Source of the DNA: Schmidtea polychroa
Lineage: Eukaryota
Length of the DNA: 33,534 nt
Reading direction: 5' to 3'
Assembly (NCBI GenBank): GCA_044892525.1
Contig: CM097885.1
Location: 270,970,467-271,004,000 of the forward strand
Made by a program: the position numbers and the translations under genes. The notes under the pieces are model-generated. The model did not search any database and had not been told where the DNA came from. It saw only the letters and a list, made by a program, of their open reading frames with translations. Position 1 is the stretch's first letter. Every line of letters starts with the position of its first letter. Positions 1 to 12,300 of the stretch are shown piece by piece.

Positions 1-3
1 ATA

Positions 4-492
4 ATGAAATCAGATAATCAGGCATTGCTGCAACAGAAGTTACAATTCCCCCAATCAACGCCTCAATTTATAATGTGCTCCAATAACCTTCAGAAAAATA
101 ATCGACAAATAAATATTGATCAAGGTTCAGGTTTAGTTCAAGATCTGAATGGGCATCAAATTCTGCTTAATGAAAATCTCAATCTCGTAGCTATAGACAA
201 CCAGCAAAAGCAGCAGCTGTCAATGGAAGGCTTACAAGGCCAGCCATCCAATCAGCAGCAGCAGCAGCAGTCACAACCACAGCAGCAGCAACAGCACATG
301 ATACTGGGCAGATTGCATGATCCCAGCTTGCCATTGCCAGTCCAGTGTAACCAGGCTCCCCCTCCGCCACCGTATCCGAGCAATTCTCAACCATTGGATT
401 GCATAGGGAAGCAAGTGGTGATGAATGCCAATGATGGCAAACAGAAAGTATGGATGCATTCACCTAATTTCCAGTTGCAGATGAATGAGCAG
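4..492 (+). CDS. Exon 1 in window (Q-rich)
   Basis: Open frame from the window start; donor CAG|GTGAGA at 493. Confidence 0.75.
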
Positions 493-3400
493 GTGAGAAA
501 TGGATATCATTATCTGTCCCATATTATTACCTACCGCCACGCTCGCAGGCCATTCTAGATAAGCAATCAATAAATCCCATAGATTCCATCCAATCGGCCG
601 CTCCTGCCATATACAAGTCAGCTCAGCAAAGCCCTCAATCAGGCATCCATCAGAGCCCACAGAAGAATTTCCCGGTATCAATTCAGAATGTGCTCCAGCA
701 GTCACCTTACAATCCCGGTACGGTTATTGGTTGTTGTATATCTGCCGCTGGCTGCACTGGGTGCTGCTGGCTGTCACTGGGTGCCGCTGGCTGTCACTGG
801 GTGCCGCTGGCTGTCACTGGGTGCCGCTGGCTGTCACTGGGTGCCGCTGCTGCTAATACATAATAATTATCATTATCATTACCATATATTTACCATATCG
901 CATCGATTGCAGGCCAGCAGCCATTCAGCAACAAACCAAATAATCCCCAAATAATGATCCACGTCAACCAGATGGAATTGGCCGACAAATCCTCAAAAGA
1001 ATCGATGCTATCACCCGATACAAATGCTCAAATTACGCGCCCAAAAAATATATCGTTGTCAGCAATAAATATGGATAGTTTGGAGGGGAATTTCACCGCT
1101 GATGGTGGCGGTGGCGGTGGCGGCGGTTGCGGAGGCAACACACCAACACCGAGTACCCCCACGGCACCACCACAGTCCAACAAGCGGATCAACAATTTGA
1201 AATGGCAAGAGGACGAGCATTTGGGTGAGAAATCTACTATCGCACCTGTGCTGTTTGCAAATTGCATCCATCCGAATATCAGATTACAAATGGCTGATCC
1301 TGAGATCAGATTCAGGGAGATTCAGAAACTGTGGCGGAAATTGAAAAGCGAGGAGCGACAGGAATGGGTGGTAAGTTCTCCTTGCTGTTTCTATATCTCC
1401 CTTCACATATCGATTGATTCATAGAATAAGTCACGGCTCAATAAATCAACCAAGAAATGCAGCGTGTCTTCCGCGTCCGGATCTGGCAATTTATCTAAGA
1501 AGGTATTTTATAATAATTTATTTCATGTCCTTGTTGCTATGGCGATTATTTGCTATTTGTCCAGCCCCAGTCTCATTGTGGGGTTCCTGTCATATAGTGC
1601 TAATATTGTGTAATCTGATTTCATTTATCCACGATTCCATGACAATTAACAGTAACCATCGATATGTAGAAAAAGGCCACTCCTGCCATGGTAACTAATA
1701 CATCTATACAACTGAGCAGTCCCAACAAATATGTGCAGCAACAGCCATCGCCCAGCTCGATTCATCAATCGCCATCTCCATTCCAACAAGGAATTATCAA
1801 TAGTGCTCTTCAGTCACCACCACTTGCTCAGAAACACAGTCAGTTTCCGCAGTTTCTCCAACAGCAGCAGCAAATGGGGATCAATCCTGACATGATCAGC
1901 CCCAATAATCAAGGAGTACAAAAAATCAATCAAATCAATTCATTGCAAATCGGTCAAATGTCATATAATAAAGTAATTATTAATTTTTATCAATTATAAA
2001 TAATTATTTATCAACAATTAAATAGTATTTATCCATAATTAAATTTTTACATATTATGTGCATGTCAGATACATATCATGTGCAAATCATATACATGTCA
2101 GATGCATGTGATGTGCATATCATATGCATGTGATGTGCATATCATATGCATGCCATGTGCATGTCAGATGCATATCATATACATGTCATGTGCATATCAT
2201 ATACATGTCATGTGCATATCATATACATGCCATGTGCATATCATATACATGTCATGTGCATATCATATACATGCCATGTGCATATCATATACATGTCATG
2301 TGCATATCATATACATGCCATGTGCATATCATATACATGTCATGTGCATATCATATACATGTCATGTGCATATCATATACATGTCATGTGCATATCATAT
2401 ACATGTCATGTGCATATCATATACATGTCATGTGCATATCATATACATGTCATGTGCATATCATATACATGTCATGTGCATATCATATACATGCCATGTG
2501 CATATCATATACATGTCATGTGCATATCATATACATGTCATGTGCATATCATATACATGTCATGTGCATATCATATACATGTCATGTGCATATCATATAC
2601 ATGCCATGTGCATATCATATACATGCCATGTGCATATCATATACATGTCATGTGCATATCATATACATGCCATGTGCATATCATATACATGTCATGTGCA
2701 TATCATATACATGTCATGTGCATATCATATACATGTCATGTGCATATCATATACATGTCATGTGCATATCATATACATGCCATGTGCATATCATATACAT
2801 GTCATGTGCAGATCATATGCATGCCATGTGCATGTGCATATCATATACATGCCATGTGCATATCATATACATGTCATGTTCATATCATATACATGTCATG
2901 TGCATATCATATACATGTCATGTGCATGTGCATGTCATGTGCATATCATATGCATGCAATGTGCATGTCATGTGCATATCATATACATGCCATGTGCATC
3001 AATTGACCTGATATTTATCTATTTTCAGTATGAATTTATCGCTCCTCCTCCATCGCAGCAGGAACAGCAGGTAATTTACCAGCAAGAATTCAATAGCCAG
3101 CAGCAACAGCATCAGATTCAAATGCAGGTTCACCCGCAGCAAGCCATGATGGTGAGTACTCAGCAGCATCAAAGCATGGAATCCATGAGAATGCAGCAAC
3201 AGCAGCAGCAGCAACAATCATTGAATGCTCCTCACGCTGTGACCAATCCCAGTGGCGGTGGAGGCACCAGCGGCACCACACCATCATCGATAATGATGGA
3301 TAATGATAACTCGATCAGTTCACCCAGCAAGCAGCAGTATTGTGATGCCTCCGCTGCTGCTGCTGCGGCTGTCAGCAACATGCAATTATCCAATCAGCAG

Positions 3401-4551
3401 CAGCAGCAGCAGCAATACCTTCAACCCCCGCTACCGCCACCAACATGGCCACCTGCTGCTAATGGTAATGCCGTTGCTAATGCTGACCTATCGGCTATGC
3501 AAGCACCCCAATCGATCAATGCATTCCATCGGTACAAGAACCAGACGGTGGTGGTTGCTGCCAATCCCAATGTGCTGCAAATGGCCTCCTCCTCCTCCTT
3601 ATCATCATCATCATCATCAACGTCATCCCAGCCGTGCCAGAATCTGCTCGACAAGAACTCTAATCGCGACAAACTGATATCCGCAAATATGATCAACCAA
3701 TCAAACACAGAAATGATATTCAGTCCTCCTAACCAGTCCAGCCAGTCATTGCCATCGTCACCGTTCCACAAGGAGCTGGCGGTCAACAGTGACGATACAA
3801 ACAACAAATTGCGGGAAGTGTTGAACAAGCGGAACAACACGGGGAACAGCAAGCCTAATTCATTCAATCAGCAATTATATGCCAATTCTCCATCAACAAT
3901 CAGTGACAATAATAACTTGCTAGCCAGCCCCTCACCCTCCTCATCTGATCACGGCTTCAATCACGCTCCATCGATCCAGTTGCGATCATCGGGCGGTGGC
4001 GGCGGTGGCAACCCATCGGTGTCAATGAGTGCGCCAGGAATGGAGTCGCCGCTCTCAGTGGATCATGACATGTGCATCAATTCATCATTCCAATCAACAT
4101 TCAGCAGGATCACCAAGATGCAGCAATCACAACAGATCAATCAAACGGCACTCCAGATGGTTCCAGTTGCATTTTCACAGCCACACGGAATGGAGGACGC
4201 AAGTGGGAACATGCAATCACAGATGATGCAAACGCGACAATATCAAATGCAATCTGGCTGCTACATGGACCCACAGACCCAGCAGAAGTATTCCATCAAT
4301 CCGTCACCACAGCAACAGTATCTGATCCTGGAGCCAACCGATATGAATGCGAAACTGATTCCTCAGCAACAGCAGCAGCGAATGAGGCAAATATCGAGTC
4401 ATCAGCCGAATGTGGCGGCAGCGGCAGCGGCGGTGATGGATCAGGCATGCAGATCGCCTCATATGATGCCGATCAATATTGTACCTGGCAACAGCTACTT
4501 GGGCCAGAGCAAATTTGCGCCCACTCAGCAGAAATATCAGCAGCAACAGCA

Positions 4552-4597
<46 letters not shown>

Positions 4598-7500
4598 CAG
4601 CAACAGCAGCAGCAACAGCAGCAACAACAGCAGCAACATCAGGAAATGGCACAGAATCGCAGCCCTTATCGACAGAATTCATTGCCTCCTCAATCAGCCA
4701 ATAGCAGCAGCAGCAGCAGCAGTAGCAGCAGCAATAGCCAATTAGATATCTCCAACATGTCCAGCATATTGGGGGGGTCCCATATAAATATCGGGGAGGA
4801 CTGTGCACAAATGCCAGTTGATCCCAATGTCACCAACATCATTCACATGGACACTAGAATGTCACCAAATATCATCCAGCACCAATCACCAGTGTCCTCA
4901 TTCACCCACATACCATACAAGTTCCAACAGCCCTCTAGGCCAATATCGACAGGCCACAACAAATCGTTTGATTTATCTACCAATTGCCAGATGTACATTT
5001 CCCATTCGCCACGAGACAGCCACACGCCCCAGAGCTCCGTTGCGCCCAGTCAGCCACTGCAACAATCAATTCAATCAATGCAGAACCTGTCTGGCCCCGG
5101 CACCCCACAGAGTCCATGTGCCGGAACCAGCAAGACACCGGGCCCTCCCTCACCATCCTCTAAGGGCTCCAATATGGGGCCAATTGGTGCTAATGCCAGG
5201 ACCAATCAACAGCAGTCCCACAGTCCAAATACCGTCACCAGCATGCCTTCACCGGTTCCCTTGATGCAGTCCAGTCCTCTTGTAAGTACTTTGTTTATCG
5301 GAGTTATGGTTACTATGGTCACCTTTACCAGTTCCAGCACCAGATGAACGCGGATTACGAGTCTGGCGTGCAAGGGGCAGCATTTATAGCTGGCAAATCT
5401 GTCACACATCCTCTGACCCCAGTCAATCGGGAGGAAATTGGAGGCTTTGAACCCCCAGTTATTGTCACTCGAGTCAATATTGACAGGAAGAATTTCGGGC
5501 CAGTTGGAGTCGCCACTGGAGCTGGAGCCGGAGATGGCAATAATGTGAACAATCAGGATCAATATCGCCAGCAAATCATTATGACCGGCTCTGAAGGGGC
5601 AAATAGTGGTAGCGGCATTGCTGCATCTCCTGAGATGTACCAATCAAATCACAAGCCGCAATCTGCCATTTCAGGAAACATTATACAGCTATCCTCAGTT
5701 GGTAATAACTCTCGTTCATGTAAGCCTTTTTACTATTAATATTAATTNNNNNNNNNNNNNNNNNNNNNNNNNNNNNNNNNNNNNNNNNNNNNNNNNNNNN
5801 NNNNNNNNNNNNNNNNNNNNNNNNNNNNNNNNNNNNNNNNNNNNNNNNNNNNNNNNNNNNNNNNNNNNNNNNNNNNNNNNNNNNNNNNNNNNNNNNNNNN
5901 NNNNNNNNNNNNNNNNNNNNNNNNNNNNNNNNNNNNNNNNNGGGAGGGGGGTTACCCCTTATGTATCTCATGGTATTTATTGCTGGAATCAAATGATATT
6001 GATTGATTGGCTAAATGATTCAGTTTCCCGCCCAAGCAATGTCAATAATGACGACCCCAGAGCAATGAATACAATCCAATCAAACCCTCCCAATAGCAAT
6101 AGCAATAGCTTTATTTACCGGCCTCTGAGCAGTGCTAATATCGGCACCATCAACAGCCAATCACAGCCATCACATCTAGATGATGTCATTGCGAGTGTCG
6201 TGTCTGATTCAATAGCATATATCGATGATAGTCCCGTTACCCAATCTGTCGCATTACAAAGGCAGAATTCCATTGATTCATCCTCACCATGTCTTATCAA
6301 TTCATCTATTGCAATAACCGGTGGTTTTGATCTGGATAAATCATCAGCAGCAGTCGCATCAGCATCAGCAACAGCAGCATCAGCAGCAGCGGCATCATCA
6401 GCATCAGCATCAGCAGCAGCAGCAGCAGCGGCATCATCATCAACAATATCTGGCAATCATGATCCAGCAGCAGTTATAGAATCACCGCTTATTGCTCAAT
6501 ATCATCACCAGGCTAATAATAGCAATAATATTATGAATAATAATAATCGCTCAATCTCAAGGAATATCAACAACAACAACAACCAATTAATATTCAATTC
6601 GGCTAACACATCCAATCCAATCAGCATCAACCAGGCCAATCAATTATTGAATACAAAACAGTCACAGAACAGCTTCTGGTTGGCTACATCTTCCAATATT
6701 AATCCCGGCTCTAAGCCCCAGCAGCAAATGTGCATTTCAAATACGACTCAGCTGATTGGACAGTTTGCTAACAATCAACAGCAACCCAAAATTATCCAAC
6801 ATGGACAAAACTTATATCAGGTTTAGATTATTTCTATTGGTGATATGATATTGGGGACGGGGGCCATTTGTACTGTTGCTATTGGTGATATTATATTGGG
6901 GACGGGGGCCCATTTGTACTGTTGCTATTGGTGATATTATATTGGGGACGGGGCCCATTTGTACTGTTGCTATTGGTGATATTATATTGGGGACGGGGGC
7001 CCATTTGTACTGTTGCTATTGGTGATATGATATTGGGGACGGGGGCCCATTTGTACTGTTGCTATTGGTGATATGATATTGGGGACGGGGGCCCATTTGT
7101 ACTGTTGCTATTGGTGATATGATATTGGGGACGGGGGCCCATTTGTACTGTTGCTATTGGTGATATGATATTGGGGACGGGGGCCATTTGTACTGTTGCT
7201 ATTGGTGATATGATATTGGGGACGGGGGCCCATTTGTACTGTTGCTATTGGTGATATGATATTGGGGACGGGGGCCCATTTGTACTGTTGCTATTGGTGA
7301 TATGATATTGGGGACGGGGGCCCATTTGTACTGTTGCTATTGGTGATATGATATTGGGGACGGGGGCCATTTGTACTGTTGCTATTGGTGATATGATATT
7401 GGGGACGGGGGCCATTTGTACTGTTGCTATTGGTGATATGATATTGGGGACGGGGGCCCATTTGTACTGTTGCTATTGGTGATATGATATTGGGGACGGG

Positions 7501-8703
7501 GGCCCATTTGTACTGCTAGTCTAATCAATCTTTCTTAACCCCCCCCCCAATCAATCCGTTACCCCCTGCAGCCCTTCCAGTCAATAGTTTATTTGGTGTA
7601 TTAGATATTGATGATATATTTATTGTCTCTCTCTCTCTCTCCCACAGATGTATGCTCCCAACAATTCTCCTCAGCAGATCATTTACACTCCATCATCGAT
7701 CGAGCTCAGCCCCAATATGAGCAGCAGCAGCAGTAGCAGTGCCGATCAACAGCAACAGCAAATCAACATGCTCACTGTTACCTCGCTGCCTAATCGGCAG
7801 AATAGTCAAACCTACCAATCGGTTGCTGCGTTCAATCCGATTAATCAGCCAATCAGCGCATACCAGAATACGATTGAGCTAGGACAGTCTAATAAGATTC
7901 AACTGGAATCAGATAAGAATGGCCAGGTGGCTCAGTCCGCTGACCAAGTGATGAGGCAATCTCCCAGGCAACAGCAGCAGCAGCCCAATAGCGGTAACAA
8001 CAGCAACAACGGCAGCAGTAGCAGTGGCAACGCCACAATGATCAAATTGAACTCCTCGCATTACTCAACGGGAGGAATGCAATCAAATAAAGCGAGTAAT
8101 AACATTCAAATCCCTCAGATATCATCAATTCCTCCAAACCAATTCATATNNNNNNNNNNNNNNNNNNNNNNNNNNNNNNNNNNNNNNNNNNNNNNNNNNN
8201 NNNNNNNNNNNNNNNNNNNNNNNNNNNNNNNNNNNNNNNNNNNNNNNNNNNNNNNNNNNNNNNNNNNNNNNNNNNNNNNNNNNNNNNNNNNNNNNNNNNN
8301 NNNNNNNNNNNNNNNNNNNNNNNNNNNNNNNNNNNNNGTAGCCCAAGCCAACAGCCAATTGAATACAGCAGCAGCCACAGGCAACAGCCTGATCATGGGC
8401 CCTCCCGTGTCTAATATGCGCCCAAATGCTAATGTTGTCACACAGAGATTCATTTGCTCAATCAATTCCAATTCCACAACCAATGCGATTCCTGGCCAAT
8501 CTCCTCAACAGTATCTAATCAGCAGCCCTCAACCCAGTTCCGGTGCCGGTGGCGGGACTGCCTGTACTGCTGGTTCCCAGCAACAGCAGCAGCAGCAGAT
8601 TTCTTCCTTGATGATTTCATCCAATAATAACACCAGTAGCAATTCTATGAGCACCAATCAGCAGCAGCAGGACTTGTCGATGAATTTCGGGCACTACAAT
8701 TGA
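4..8703 (+). CDS. KMT2C/D: Multi-exon KMT2C/D (MLL3/4) N-terminal-half homologue (LPT-like): HMG box plus long Q/S/N-rich disordered regions; probably 5'-incomplete
   Basis: GT-AG model with exons 4-492, 549-717, 913-1370, 1425-1502, 1670-1972, 3029-5281, 5332-5719, 6024-6820, 7648-8703. All splice phases match; total 5991 nt = 1997 codons including TGA. The peptide KWQEDEHLGEKSTIAPVLFANCIHPNIRLQMADPEIRFREIQKLWRKLKSEERQEWV|NKSRLNK resembles the KMT2C HMG box as I recall it (KWEKEEALGEMATVAPVLYTNINFPNLK...IAKLWRKASSQERAPYVQKARDNR). Two N gaps add uncertainty. Confidence 0.75.
549..717 (+). CDS. Exon 2
   Basis: Acceptor CAG at 546-548, open frame AILDKQ...SPYNP, donor GTACGG at 718; missed by the ORF track. 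Confidence 0.65.
742..851. repeat. 20-bp intronic minisatellite (GCCGCTGGCTGTCACTGGGT), about 5.5 copies
   Basis: Direct tandem repeat in intron 718-912. Confidence 0.95.
913..1370 (+). CDS. Exon 3, most of the KMT2C/D-type HMG box
   Basis: Acceptor TTGCAG at 912, donor GTAAGT at 1371; HMG motif from about 1200. Confidence 0.85.
1425..1502 (+). CDS. Exon 4, end of HMG box (NKSRLNKSTKK)
   Basis: 54-nt intron ending TAG at 1424; donor GTATTT at 1503; phase 0/0. Confidence 0.7.
1670..1972 (+). CDS. Exon 5
   Basis: Acceptor GTAG at 1669, in frame with ORF 1688-1999; donor GTAATT at 1973. Confidence 0.7.
2057..2998. repeat. 22-bp intronic minisatellite (CATATCATATACATGTCATGTG), about 40 copies, degenerate edges
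   Basis: Tandem repeat with GTC/GCC variants in intron 1973-3028. Confidence 0.97.
3029..5281 (+). CDS. Exon 6 (polyQ/polyS low complexity)
   Basis: Acceptor ATTTTCAG at 3028; donor GTAAGT at 5282; 751 open codons. Confidence 0.85.
4538..4637 (+). repeat. Coding (CAG/CAA)n polyglutamine tract
   Basis: About 33 consecutive Gln codons in exon 6. Confidence 0.95.
5332..5719 (+). CDS. Exon 7
   Basis: Acceptor CTTTACCAG at 5331 (in-frame alternative at 5343); donor GTAAGC at 5720. Confidence 0.7.
5748..5941. other. Assembly gap (N)
   Basis: Run of N. Confidence 1.
6024..6820 (+). CDS. Exon 8 (polyA/S/N)
   Basis: Acceptor TTCAG at 6023, phase 1 matches exon 7; donor CAG|GTTTAG at 6821. Confidence 0.7.
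6835..7516. repeat. 45/46-bp G-rich intronic minisatellite, about 15 copies
   Basis: Unit CTATTGGTGATATGATATTGGGGACGGGGGCCCATTTGTACTGTTG in intron 6821-7647. Confidence 0.97.
7648..8703 (+). CDS. Terminal exon 9 (contains N gap)
   Basis: (CT)n tract then CCCACAG acceptor at 7647; frame preserved across the gap; TGA at 8701-8703. Confidence 0.7.
   Translation: MYAPNNSPQQIIYTPSSIELSPNMSSSSSSSADQQQQQINMLTVTSLPNRQNSQTYQSVAAFNPINQPISAYQNTIELGQSNKIQLESDKNGQVAQSADQVMRQSPRQQQQQPNSGNNSNNGSSSSGNATMIKLNSSHYSTGGMQSNKASNNIQIPQISSIPPNQFIXXXXXXXXXXXXXXXXXXXXXXXXXXXXXXXXXXXXXXXXXXXXXXXXXXXXXXXXXXXXXXXVAQANSQLNTAAATGNSLIMGPPVSNMRPNANVVTQRFICSINSNSTTNAIPGQSPQQYLISSPQPSSGAGGGTACTAGSQQQQQQQISSLMISSNNNTSSNSMSTNQQQQDLSMNFGHYN
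8150..8337. other. Assembly gap (N)
   Basis: Run of N. Confidence 1.
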
Positions 8704-8863
8704 TGGATTGCACAACCGTTGTCATGGCGTTATGGTGCAGCGTTTTGTGCATTACGATGATGTCATTAATATTGTACATATTTCTCCATTGCTAGTCCAG
8801 CTGATTATCGATTGCCCGCTGCTCCTACATATGACATTATCACTGACGTTCTGGCAGCTCATT

Positions 8864-9330
8864 GCCGCCTATCTGTTGCTATGGGTAACGGTGGCACTTT
8901 CACTGAGCCCGCTAATACCGTGATTATTTATCCATTTAAACATAATTATAATTATATCTCTTTCATTCGTTCTATTCCATCCTTCCGCTGGTTACTCATT
9001 CTTCTGTTGTTATGGTAATTATTTGACCTATTGTTGTTACACATTTGTTACAGCCATTAGCCGTGAATAATATTATCAGGGGTCATACAATAACGTTATC
9101 ACTGTTGCTGCCTGTCGCTATGGGTAACGGTGGCACTTTTACTAAACCGATAATACCGTGATTATTTATCATTTACTATAAAAATAATTATATATCTCTT
9201 TCATTTATATATTCATTCTAATACACGGTTAATAATTTCTCCGTTGCTATGGTGATTATTTAACCTATTGTTGCTGTGGCTACAAATTTGTTATTTCTAT
9301 TAGCCATGAATAATATCATCAAGGATCATG
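8864..9330. repeat. Diverged tandem duplication of about 239 bp downstream of the stop codon
   Basis: ATGGGTAACGGTGGCACTTT at 8881 and 9120, with collinear downstream similarity. Confidence 0.85.
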
Positions 9331-12300
9331 TGGATTATTGCAATTGTATCATTTCTATAGAAGGGTTATATTACTGCCACATGTTCATTTTCCATTTCTT
9401 TATTAATCTTTTCTATACTCACAATGATCTCTTACATTGGGAATATTTCTCATCTTCATTTCTCTTTATATATATCTTTTTCATTTTGTTTACTCATTTC
9501 AAAATTGTTTCTTGATAATCCCAATGTTTTGGCCAAATCTAAGGTTATTGATGTCAGATTTCAATTAGAATTTAGAATAAAGGATCTTTTATTAGTTGCT
9601 GATAAGTTATTAGTAACTGATAAGCGTCAGTAATACATAATTCATCATTGAACCTAGAGTTTATAACTAAATAAGTCCTGAGTATATAGTATATATTTAA
9701 AACAAAATTTACTAGAAATATAGATTTATCAGATTCTGTTTCAAAATATCAGGTTTAGGCGTCAGGATGCCATTTGCAATTACCAGCAGTTGAGTTGCAC
9801 AACCACCTCATAACGCAAAACCATAAAGAAAAACAAGAAAATCTGAAATGTGGATGTTAAAGACCTAATATAAATGACATGACAGCTCACGTTACAGCAC
9901 ACTGAGCCGTGCAGCCATAGAATGCTACATTAGACACATAAGAACAAAAGAAGAGTGCAAAGATATGTAAGCATTCCACACTCAAATAAACCTTGGATAC
10001 CTAAAAGGATGGAAACAAATTAAATTGTGAATTTTTTTTCTAATGTAGATAATTATCGACAGGCATTCACTACAGCATTGATTTTACAATTGCGGTCTAA
10101 ACCTGCAAATTCATATCTAAAATTATCCTTCATCGGATAATACGACAGGTTTACTAAAGATTTAATTTTAAATGCATATTAATAAATTATATTTATTAAT
10201 GTATATTCCGTTTTTATAAATCGTATATACTAAATAATTACAATATGCTTACGAGTAGTTATTCTGCGGGCAACAGGTCCTCCTTGAAACCTAGTTTCTC
10301 GCAATCTCTTAATTTATTCAGTATTATTATTGGTTACATTTTGTTGGTGGGAATCTTTATCTGTCTTCTTTCATTAGAATAACATGTAGTCCGATTTCTT
10401 CATTGTGTAAACTCCTGTATTTTTTCATATATCACAAGTATAGATTTTGACGGGAAACAGAGTATCGAGATTTTCTTAACAGTTTCAATCAGAATTCTTT
10501 CTCCTGACTACCAGGGTAAGATCCAACTACACCCGGGTATACGTATATTCATGTACTTTGCTTTATCTTATAATTTTGGTTATATATTTAAAAATAATAA
10601 TAAGCCATTTTTATCGCACAGTAAGAAATGATCATGTGTAAATTTAATTTTTCAATTTATAAAGAATGAAAACATTTACATCAAGAAAAAAATAAAAACT
10701 ATATATTACGCTATTCGAGAATCATCACTATTGCTTCGTAACGTCCTCATGCAGAATCTCAGAAGTTTTCTTCTAAAGTCTCTCATAGTTCATTTTATAA
10801 TTTTCATTTATTTTAGAAGAAAACTTTCTCTTTCCTATTATCTCAAATTCTGTTTATGTCATCCGGTTACTTGTCCTAGGATGAATCAACTAAAAAATTC
10901 TTAAAAACTCAGGAGAATAAAATTATAAAAATTTATTGGTCTTAAGGTACAAAATTAAACTAAACCGCAGATTTTAGGGTTTTCCAAAAGTTATTAAATA
11001 GTATATTTATACAAAAATCTTTTTACTATTGTTGAGGTCTCACTTTTTTAAAACCCCAACTTGCTGGTTCTTATATAATAATTGAATAGAAAACAAAGTG
11101 TTTGAACAAAATTTATTAAAATATAAAATTAACCTTTAAATTAAAAGAGTTTATCCTTTGATCTTTCTCAAAAATATTCAATGATGCGTGTTATGTATAG
11201 TTATAATGTATGTCGTGTGTGTTATGTTTGATTGTAACCAAAATATGTCAGACGTTCTGTTCTGTCTTATTTTTAAATCTCGCAGAGATTGACTCTTTAA
11301 TATTCAGGAAAACCTAAGAAAATTTGGGCAAATAGACTGAATTTTGCTGTGGTAAATACTATTTTATTACTGTTAAAATAAAATATTTTAATTTCCGGCA
11401 TATACGCACGGAATATTATATTCATTTTTTAATTATTATAATTATTATTTCCTGCTATTCTTATAGCAGATGTCATTATCTATATTAATTTTTAAATATA
11501 TTAATTTCCGGCTTGTACGCACGGAATAATGTTAATTATATATTTTTTAATTTTATAATAATATTTCCGTGCACTAGTTATATTAATATCAAAATTTCTA
11601 ATAGTACTTAATTATAATGTTATATTAAATATTTTAATTTAACTTAAATAATATTAATTATTTTTTACACCCATTAATTTTACCCTTTTGTAAAATAAAT
11701 ATTAATTGTATACAAGATATATTAAATAAACCAATAAATAACTGTACAACAAAAATAAAAATTAAAATAGGAATTGTCAATAAATTGTCATAATAAAAAT
11801 ATATACATTGTCACAGGAGATAATGATTGTCAGTTATGTATATCCATTTGATTGTTTTTGGATTGCATTGAATTGGACTGTTGGGGAATTTGGGGAATTG
11901 GATTGATAGTGTTGAAGCATTGGAGCTTTGCCTATTACCGTTCCTCAGCGAACACATTAACTCTATATTTGTTTGGCCCTGTTCTGTAATACTTGTCTAG
12001 GGTAAATGTAGTGATGGGCCTACCCTCATCATCTAACACTATGAATTTTACTATTTATTTAGGAAATTTTGTGTGAATTGGATTCTTTGAATTCAGCCTT
12101 CTTCTCGAATAGTAATATTGTAGGTACTATATTCTTGTCTTTTAAACTTTTACACCAAACTAATTTTAAAAGAAAGACTCTATCTATTCTTTTTCCATTA
12201 TTAAATATAATAATTTTGCTTTATTATTTTATGTTGAGGTATGGGTACCCTATCAACTCGAGTAGGATTTCATAATACAGAGTAAACATAAAACACTATT

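Noticed and set aside
4304-4808. Antisense poly-Leu, poly-Ala and poly-Cys ORFs and other minus-strand ORFs over 1-8703
   Set aside because: Shadows of CAG-rich coding exons.
2078-5347. 1089-aa ORF and two overlapping Cys/His-rich ORFs (2124-3011, 2146-3006)
   Set aside because: The N-terminal part is the translated 22-bp minisatellite; there is a good acceptor at 3028, and retaining the intron hits a stop at 1997-1999.
6835-7516. CRISPR-like appearance of the regular repeats
   Set aside because: No unique spacers; a eukaryotic intronic minisatellite.
9768-9902. Possible degenerate C2H2 fingers (C..HNHLITQNH; CGC*..HVTAH)
   Set aside because: Non-canonical spacing and an internal stop.
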